Positions 16,140 through 22,468 of a DNA stretch of 22,468 bases are shown one piece after another. Numbering within the stretch: position 1 is the first letter of the stretch; each line of letters opens with the position of its first letter. Position numbers and translations under genes: made by a program. Origin of the DNA: Pseudobdellovibrionaceae bacterium (GTDB lineage Bacteria; Bdellovibrionota; Bdellovibrionia; Bdellovibrionales; Bdellovibrionaceae); the NCBI GenBank assembly GCA_039810425.1, contig JBDHWW010000044.1, forward strand, positions 1 through 22,468. Direction: 5' to 3'. Below the pieces are notes generated by a model. That model did no database searches and was not told the DNA's origin. It saw only the letters and a list, made by a program, of their open reading frames with translations.

Positions 16140-18008
16140 ATGAAATTTTCTCCAGAGTTTATTGAGAAGGTCCGTGATTCTAGCAATCTCGTCGACATCA
16201 TCTCTCAGTACACACAGTTGAAACCTACAGGAAGCGGCCTTATGGGCCGCTGTCCTTTTCCGGACCATCAAGAAAAGACGCCGAGCTTTTCAGTATCCGA
16301 AACCAAGCAGGTCTACCACTGCTTTGGCTGTCATAAAAAAGGCAACATCTTTACGTTCCTTCAAAACTATCAGGGCATGAGCTTTCCTGAGGCCATCGAG
16401 TATCTTGCGAACCGCGCAGGAATTGCGATGCCTGAGAAAAATTCCGGTAATGATGAACAATTCGACCGCGCGAAAGAGCGCAAAAAGCTCCTTCATCGTG
16501 TGAACCAGCTTGCGAACCACTACTTCGGTGAGCAACTGAAGCGCGCGGGGGCTGACCATCCTGTGAAAAAGTACATCGCCAAACGTGGACTTTCTCAGGA
16601 AATCTTGGAGGCTTTTCAGATCGGGTATGCGACACCTGACTGGGATGGATTGGTTAAATATTTAGAATCTAAAAAGGTGCCGATGGATCTGGTCGAGGAA
16701 GCTCGTCTAGCCAAAGCCCGCTCGGGCGGGAAAACCGGCTCCTTTGATATCTTCCGTGATCGTTTGATGTTTCCAATTCTGAACCCAATGGGCGAGCCCG
16801 TAGCATTCGGCGGACGCATCATTGAGCAAGGCGAGCCCAAGTATTTGAACTCACCAGAGACGCCTGTATTCGTTAAGGGGAAAATTCTTTACGGATTGGC
16901 GCAAACTGCGCGCTATATACGAACCGAAGACCAAGCCATCATTGTCGAAGGGTATATGGACTTGGTTTCCTTGTATCAGGCAGGCATTCGGAATGCGGCG
17001 GCAACCATGGGTACGGCTTTAACGCCCGACCATGGAAAACTTTTAAAACGTATGACTAAGAATGTCGTGGTCTTGTTTGACGGGGATTCCGCCGGACAAG
17101 AGGCCGCAGAGCGCAGTCTTCCGATCCTGCTTTCGGCAGATGTCCATCCGAAGGGTCTTACATTGCCGGACGGAATGGATCCGGATGACTTTGTGAAGGC
17201 AAAGGGGGCAGAGGCTCTCCGTGACCTTATGGCCAAAGCGCCGGATTTGTTTGTTTTGATTTTGCAGCGTTGGATGGAGGATTATCGTGGGGAGGCTTCG
17301 CAAAAAGTGAAGCTTTGCGATCAGTTGAAACCCGTCCTCGAGATCATTCCTGATTCGCGATTACAGGATCTCTACCTTCAGGAAGCGGCCCGTCGTATGA
17401 GCGTGCCATCGACTTGGTTGAAAGAAGCTTTGTTTAAAACCAGTGGAAAACTTGCATCCGAGGCGCAGAGTATTCGCCGTGAAAATCCCGTCAACTCACA
17501 AAGACTGTCTTCGCCAACCGGTACGGTAAATGTTGTACCATCTTCTGAACCAAAAACTGTGCCAAACACGCCGAAATTTATTCTGAAGGGCGCGCCGAAG
17601 CCGGAAATTTTGCTCATGGGGCTTGTACTCAAAAGTCGTGCCAACTTCGATGCATATTTGAAGGATAACGTGAGCGAAACTCTCTCGCATCCGGCTGTCA
17701 TTGAGATCTTGAAGAAAGCGGTTGATGTCTATAGACAAGATCCTAATAAATTTGATAAATTGACCAGTCTCCTCGTATCATTTGTGGATCATCCTGAAGT
17801 GCTTTTCGTGAATGAAAATGCCAACGAGTCATTTGATGAGGACAGCGAACGAAAACTCTTGAAGGATGTTTTTAAGAAAGTTCGCGACAACAGCTTGAAA
17901 GAGCAGGCGAAAAAGTTAGCGAAAGATCTGAAAGCAGATCCGAGCGCCGAAAAGCTGGAGCAGATTATGAATATTCAAAGAAACCGACATTCTTTGAATA
18001 AAAATTAG
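16140..18008 (+). CDS. dnaG: DNA primase
   Basis: Zn finger CPFPDH.EKTPSF...YHCFGC, FRDRLMFPI, FGGR, KYLNSPET, TOPRIM VEGYMD / FDGD / DPDD. ATG 16140 follows GGAG. Confidence 0.97.
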   Translation: MKFSPEFIEKVRDSSNLVDIISQYTQLKPTGSGLMGRCPFPDHQEKTPSFSVSETKQVYHCFGCHKKGNIFTFLQNYQGMSFPEAIEYLANRAGIAMPEKNSGNDEQFDRAKERKKLLHRVNQLANHYFGEQLKRAGADHPVKKYIAKRGLSQEILEAFQIGYATPDWDGLVKYLESKKVPMDLVEEARLAKARSGGKTGSFDIFRDRLMFPILNPMGEPVAFGGRIIEQGEPKYLNSPETPVFVKGKILYGLAQTARYIRTEDQAIIVEGYMDLVSLYQAGIRNAAATMGTALTPDHGKLLKRMTKNVVVLFDGDSAGQEAAERSLPILLSADVHPKGLTLPDGMDPDDFVKAKGAEALRDLMAKAPDLFVLILQRWMEDYRGEASQKVKLCDQLKPVLEIIPDSRLQDLYLQEAARRMSVPSTWLKEALFKTSGKLASEAQSIRRENPVNSQRLSSPTGTVNVVPSSEPKTVPNTPKFILKGAPKPEILLMGLVLKSRANFDAYLKDNVSETLSHPAVIEILKKAVDVYRQDPNKFDKLTSLLVSFVDHPEVLFVNENANESFDEDSERKLLKDVFKKVRDNSLKEQAKKLAKDLKADPSAEKLEQIMNIQRNRHSLNKN

Positions 18009-18091
18009 CCTGAGTAAATGTCGGGCCTAGAGCCGAAATCGATTTTTAACTTTTAGTTTTTAAAGCACGTGAATAGAAGAATGGGGTATCA

Positions 18092-19918
18092 ATGAAATCA
18101 AACACTCCGAATGCCAATGTGAAAGAGCCTGTAAAAGTTCTCGCAGTGGCAGAGCAAGAAGCTTTGATCAAAGAAGAGATCCAGAAGTTTATCAAGCTCG
18201 CGAAAGAGAAAGGCACTCTGACAATCGAAGAGATCAACGATCTTCTTCCACCAGAGATTATTGCGCCTTCCGTACTTGATTCCTTCATGCAAGGTCTCGA
18301 GGCCAGCGGTGTCGTGATCACTGAGCTGGTTGAAATAGCGAAAGAAGAGGGCGAAGGCTCTTTCCTTTCTGACCCGGATAAAGAAGATGAAGAGGCGGAC
18401 GAAGACGAAATCGCCGAGAGCGAAGACGTTAAGGGTAATGACCCTGTTCGCTTGTATTTGCGCAAAATGGGTAGTGTATCCCTTCTCACGCGCGAGGGTG
18501 AGGTAGAGATCGCCCGCCGTATCGAAAAAGGGGAGCGTGAGATCGTTAAGGCGATCCTCTTGTCACCTTTGGGTACGTACGAAATCATCCAGCTCGGCAA
18601 GCGCCTGGATGAAGGCCGTATCAAAGTTAAGTCGATTTTCCGTGGTTTGGAAGACGAAGAAACTCAGTACGATGAAAAAGAATACATCGATAAAATTCAC
18701 GAACTCATCGGCACCGTTACCGCTTACCACGAGTCCGTGAAGAAGTACTTTGATGTGCTCCGTAAAGAAGAGACAAATACGCCAGCTCGCAAAGCGGCGA
18801 TGGATGAGTTGTTGAAAGTGAACGACAAGTTGATGGCAAGTTTTGAATCCATCAACTTCAACCGGAAAACTATCAATCGTATCGTGATCAAGTTCAAAAA
18901 CCTTGTTGCGCGCATGTCAACTCTTCGCCGTCGTATCAAAGATGGGACAGAGAGAACATTCTCTAAAGACGTTCCGGCACTCGCCGAGCGTTTGAAGTTG
19001 ATTGATGGCAACGAAAAAGAGCTTACGAAGATGACTCGTGAGACTGGTTTGAACTACAATAAGTTCCGCTCCTACGCCCTTCAAGCTCAAGAGGCCCAAC
19101 GCCGCTTGCAACGTTTGGACAGCGAAACTGAGATGAACTTCCGTTGGATCCAAGACACTTACACGGCTATCTGGAAGGGTGAGCGAGAAGCCGACTTGGC
19201 GAAATCTGAGCTCGTCGAAGCCAATCTTCGTCTTGTGGTTTCTATTGCTAAGAAGTACACGAACCGCGGTCTTCAATTCTTGGATTTGATCCAAGAGGGT
19301 AATATCGGTTTGATGAAAGCCGTTGATAAGTTTGAATACCGTCGCGGTTACAAGTTCTCAACTTATGCGACTTGGTGGATCCGCCAGGCAATCACTCGTG
19401 CTATTGCCGATCAGGCGCGTACAATCCGTATCCCAGTCCATATGATTGAAACGATCAATAAACTTGTTCGGACATCCCGTTATCTTGTTCAAGAGCTTGG
19501 CCGCGAGCCAATTCCTGAAGAGATCGCAGAGAAAATGGATATGCCGGTGGATAAAGTGCGCAAGGTTCTCAAAATTGCGAAAGAGCCTATTTCTCTCGAG
19601 ACGCCGGTGGGTGAGGAAGAAGATTCTCATCTCGGGGACTTTATCGAAGATAAAAAGGTTATCAATCCAGCTGAGGCCATTGTGAACTTGAACTTGGCTG
19701 AGCAAACTCGCCGGGTGCTTTCGACGTTGACTCCACGTGAAGAAAAAGTATTGCGCATGCGTTTCGGTATCGGTGAAGAATCCGACCACACTTTGGAAGA
19801 AGTAGGTCAAGACTTCAACGTAACTCGTGAGCGTATTCGTCAGATCGAGGCAAAGGCGTTGCGCAAGCTTCGTCACCCAAGCCGCAGCAATAAGCTCAAG
19901 GCATTCATCGACGGGTAG
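18092..19918 (+). CDS. rpoD: RNA polymerase primary sigma factor RpoD
   Basis: Region 1.2 [11 protein letters not shown], region 2 [27 protein letters not shown]...[15 protein letters not shown], region 4 [21 protein letters not shown]. Confidence 0.98.
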   Translation: MKSNTPNANVKEPVKVLAVAEQEALIKEEIQKFIKLAKEKGTLTIEEINDLLPPEIIAPSVLDSFMQGLEASGVVITELVEIAKEEGEGSFLSDPDKEDEEADEDEIAESEDVKGNDPVRLYLRKMGSVSLLTREGEVEIARRIEKGEREIVKAILLSPLGTYEIIQLGKRLDEGRIKVKSIFRGLEDEETQYDEKEYIDKIHELIGTVTAYHESVKKYFDVLRKEETNTPARKAAMDELLKVNDKLMASFESINFNRKTINRIVIKFKNLVARMSTLRRRIKDGTERTFSKDVPALAERLKLIDGNEKELTKMTRETGLNYNKFRSYALQAQEAQRRLQRLDSETEMNFRWIQDTYTAIWKGEREADLAKSELVEANLRLVVSIAKKYTNRGLQFLDLIQEGNIGLMKAVDKFEYRRGYKFSTYATWWIRQAITRAIADQARTIRIPVHMIETINKLVRTSRYLVQELGREPIPEEIAEKMDMPVDKVRKVLKIAKEPISLETPVGEEEDSHLGDFIEDKKVINPAEAIVNLNLAEQTRRVLSTLTPREEKVLRMRFGIGEESDHTLEEVGQDFNVTRERIRQIEAKALRKLRHPSRSNKLKAFIDG

Positions 19919-19947
19919 CAAGATAGTAAAGCATTTTTACTTTGTAC

Positions 19948-19976
19948 AGGGAAGGTGGGAGCGCCTTCCCTTTTTT
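19948..19976 (+). terminator. Intrinsic terminator of the rpsU-dnaG-rpoD operon
   Basis: GGGAAGGT-GGGAGC-GCCTTCCC-TTTTTT. Confidence 0.9.
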
Positions 19977-20089
19977 ATTGTCCGAAACGAGGGCGGTGGT
20001 ACCGGAATCGGATGGGTAAACAGAAGAAATTCGTTATGACTCGGGCATTGTTGTTGCTCTGCCAAAGGCTTTCAACGAAAGTAGTGTCT

Positions 20090-21631
20090 ATGCTATCCGC
20101 CACTCCCGTGCCATTCGAACATCTTCTTCAGCAATCGTTTCTGCTTTCATCTTTCCGTGGCGGGCAGCGCGAGATCATTTCGGCGATTTTAGCGAAGAAA
20201 GATGTCATGGCGGTTTTGCCGACAGGCGGGGGAAAGTCCCTCTGCTATCAGTTTCCGGCAGTTTACACTCAACAACTTGTGGTGGTGATTTCTCCGCTCA
20301 TTGCGCTGATGAAAGACCAAGTGATGAGCCTTCAGCGCCAAGGGATTGCGGCCGGCTGCCTGCATTCCGGTCAGTCGGATCTTGAGAAGCGCGCGATCTT
20401 TGCTGAAATCAATAAGGGCGGCTCTTTTCTGCTTTATCTTTCTCCTGAGCGTGTTCAGAAAGAGGGCTTTCAGAAATGGATCCAAGGCCGTCAGATTGCG
20501 CTCTTCGCAGTGGATGAAGCTCATTGCGTTTCTCAGTGGGGGCATGACTTCCGTGAAGAGTACGGTCAGCTGAAAGTTCTGAAAACACTTCGCCCGGATG
20601 TTCCTATTCTTGCCTTGACGGCGTCGGCGACACCAACGGTGCTTGCTGATGTCTCTAAGAACTTGGGTCTTGTAAATCCAGAACGGATGGTTCACGGATT
20701 TTATCGTAATAACTTGTACTATCAGGTCGAGCAGTGTGGGGATGAAGACGCGAAACTCTTGATGCTGATGCAAGCGGTTCGTCAGACACCAACTGGCAGA
20801 ATTATCGTATACTGTGGTACTCGTCGTGTAACTGAAGAGCTTTCGGGAGCGTTGTCGCGCACGTTTGATCAAGTCGGTTTTTACCATGCGGGTCTTACGA
20901 CCGACGAGCGTACTGAAACGCAAGAATCCTATGCGCGCGGGGATTTGCGTATCCTTGTTGCAACCAATGCTTTTGGTATGGGGATTGACCAACCGGATGT
21001 GCGCCTTGTAGTGCATTTTCAGATGCCGGCGAATATCGACTCTCTGTACCAGGAAATGGGCCGTGCAGGCCGTGATGGCAAACACTCTACATGCTTGATG
21101 CTTTATGCGAAAAGAGACAAAGGACTTCAGTCTTACTTCATTGATAACTCGGATGCGCCTAAGGCCATTAAGAGTGCGCGCTGGAGAAACTTAGAAGCCT
21201 TGGTGAACTACTCCGAAGGCGGTGAGTGTCGTCATGCGGAGATTCTGACTTATTATAAAGACTCTCAGCGGATCGAGAGCTGTGGTCACTGCGATAGCTG
21301 CGATCCAAGATCTGAGCGCCGTGTGCAGAAACCAGCGAAGTCTGTTGTTACAAAACTGGTGAAGCCGAAATCACGCAAATCGAAATCCGGGGCTGAGGAG
21401 ATTGAACTTGATGAGCTTCAAGAGCAGCGCTTTGAAAATCTCCGTCGCTGGAGAAAAGCGAAAGCGCAAGAGCTGGATGTCCCTGCCTTCGTTGTGTTCA
21501 GCGATCAGACTTTGAAACAATTGGCGTTGAAGAACCCGCAGAACATTTCGGATCTAGAAGATGTTTATGGTATTGGTGAATCCAAGATCGAAAAGTTTGG
21601 CTGGGATCTTCTCGCCGAACTGCAGTCATAG
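20090..21631 (+). CDS. recQ: RecQ family ATP-dependent DNA helicase with HRDC domain
   Basis: PTGGGKSLCYQ, VDEAHCVSQWGHDFR, LTASAT, ATNAFGMGID, QEMGRAGRDG, Zn site CRH...CGHCDSC, HRDC LRRWR...A..LDVPAFVVFSD.TL. The ORF-track start 19955 lies inside the terminator, so ATG 20090 is preferred. Confidence 0.93.
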   Translation: MLSATPVPFEHLLQQSFLLSSFRGGQREIISAILAKKDVMAVLPTGGGKSLCYQFPAVYTQQLVVVISPLIALMKDQVMSLQRQGIAAGCLHSGQSDLEKRAIFAEINKGGSFLLYLSPERVQKEGFQKWIQGRQIALFAVDEAHCVSQWGHDFREEYGQLKVLKTLRPDVPILALTASATPTVLADVSKNLGLVNPERMVHGFYRNNLYYQVEQCGDEDAKLLMLMQAVRQTPTGRIIVYCGTRRVTEELSGALSRTFDQVGFYHAGLTTDERTETQESYARGDLRILVATNAFGMGIDQPDVRLVVHFQMPANIDSLYQEMGRAGRDGKHSTCLMLYAKRDKGLQSYFIDNSDAPKAIKSARWRNLEALVNYSEGGECRHAEILTYYKDSQRIESCGHCDSCDPRSERRVQKPAKSVVTKLVKPKSRKSKSGAEEIELDELQEQRFENLRRWRKAKAQELDVPAFVVFSDQTLKQLALKNPQNISDLEDVYGIGESKIEKFGWDLLAELQS

Positions 21632-21632
21632 T

Positions 21633-22397
21633 TTAAATCTTTTGCAGATGCTGAACGATCCATTGTGGATCGTCTAGCGGCAAATCATGCCCGGCCCATG
21701 GATGGAAAAAAATCGAACAGCCCCAAGCTTGAGCTAAATTTTTCGAGCAAGACACATTCACGAAATGATCATTTTCAGAGGAAAAAAGGATCGTCGGTAC
21801 GGGGGGCGCAAGTGGGAATTCGTAGTTACCAGCAGCCACGAGTTGTTTGATAAAGTTCGCGGGATGAACTGGATGATCCTCAGACTCTTTCGTCCAATAA
21901 GGCAGGGCAAACTCGCGGCGCTCTGAAGAGTTCGCGGTCATATTGAGAATTTCGCGTTCCATATCCTCTGTTTTGTAGCGTGTTTTATAGCCAGTAGCGA
22001 GGCTGAATATTTTTAAATAATTTACCGGACGGAGGCGCTCATAGAATTTTGAATGTTTTGCTGAGCTTGAGTTGATTAGTACTAGCTGCTGAACTTCGGC
22101 GGGATATTTATCGGCCCATGCTGTTGCTATCATAGCGCCGAGGGAAATGGCAAAGATATGGACCTTTTCGCCTTGCTGGATCAGCTTGCTCTGGCGGCGA
22201 AGCTCTTCCACCATCGTTTTCATGTCTGAAGGACTTTTCTCGTTATAGAGGGTTCCGTTACCGGGGATTTCGATGCACTCGAAGCGATCATTAGGAAAAG
22301 CTTTTTGTAACGTTTGAGGCAAGTCGACCCAATGGCCAACCCCCCGAACCAATCCACGAATTAGTATCCAGTTTCTTTGCATGGATTTATTTTTCAT
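21633..22397 (-). CDS. Alpha/beta fold hydrolase
   Basis: ILIRGL.R...HW, PGNG, nucleophile elbow AISLG, END, GHDLPLDDP. The start may be 22382, and the frame stays open to the window end. Confidence 0.85.
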   Translation of the reverse strand: MKNKSMQRNWILIRGLVRGVGHWVDLPQTLQKAFPNDRFECIEIPGNGTLYNEKSPSDMKTMVEELRRQSKLIQQGEKVHIFAISLGAMIATAWADKYPAEVQQLVLINSSSAKHSKFYERLRPVNYLKIFSLATGYKTRYKTEDMEREILNMTANSSERREFALPYWTKESEDHPVHPANFIKQLVAAGNYEFPLAPPVPTILFSSENDHFVNVSCSKNLAQAWGCSIFFHPWAGHDLPLDDPQWIVQHLQKI

Positions 22398-22468
22398 CCA
22401 TATCCACTTGACTGGCGTTAGCGTGCCAAGCTTAATAGGCGCGACATGGAGTTCCCCAAAACCCTTCC

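Noticed and set aside
19919..20089. tRNA after rpoD, or an N-terminal extension of RecQ from 19955
   Set aside because: No cloverleaf or T-loop motif is present. The extension begins inside the rpoD terminator and is not RecQ-like.
20189..21085. 298-aa antisense ORF within recQ (and the other short nested ORFs in the track)
   Set aside because: These overlap well-supported genes and have no independent coding signal.
22398..22468. 3' end of an upstream gene, or an N-terminal extension of the hydrolase
   Set aside because: Too little sequence to decide. The hydrolase frame is open to the edge, and the other two minus-strand frames end in stops without recognisable motifs.

Overview
A mostly housekeeping bacterial chromosome segment, probably from a Bdellovibrio-like (Bdellovibrionota) organism. 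That assignment is inferred from RxPAS motifs in exported proteins, FliA-type promoters and gene content; no search was run. The left edge holds the end of an IS21-like (Mu/TnsB-type) element: three 21-bp repeats at a 35-bp period, a 5'-TGT terminus at 305 and the start of a probable transposase. It is inserted 8 bp upstream of a chaA-like Ca2+/H+ antiporter gene. Left to right there follow two small AT-rich ORFs, an orphan PhaR-type regulator, a GspG-like pseudopilin, a TPR lipoprotein and a LolB-like lipoprotein. Next come prkA(yeaG)-yeaH-spoVR(ycgB) coupled to a yciH/SUI1 gene, an orphan OmpR-type regulator, and a minus-strand terC / tadA-NUDIX fusion / DUF2914-like unit. The window ends with rpsU-yqeY-dnaG-rpoD, a RecQ helicase lacking the winged-helix domain and an alpha/beta hydrolase. 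No rRNA, tRNA or CRISPR array was found. The most notable leads are the TadA-NUDIX fusion, the recurrent RxPAS motif, the IS end abutting chaA, the pseudopilin/TPR/LolB-like cluster and the orphan PhaR. None is demonstrably a new system from sequence alone.
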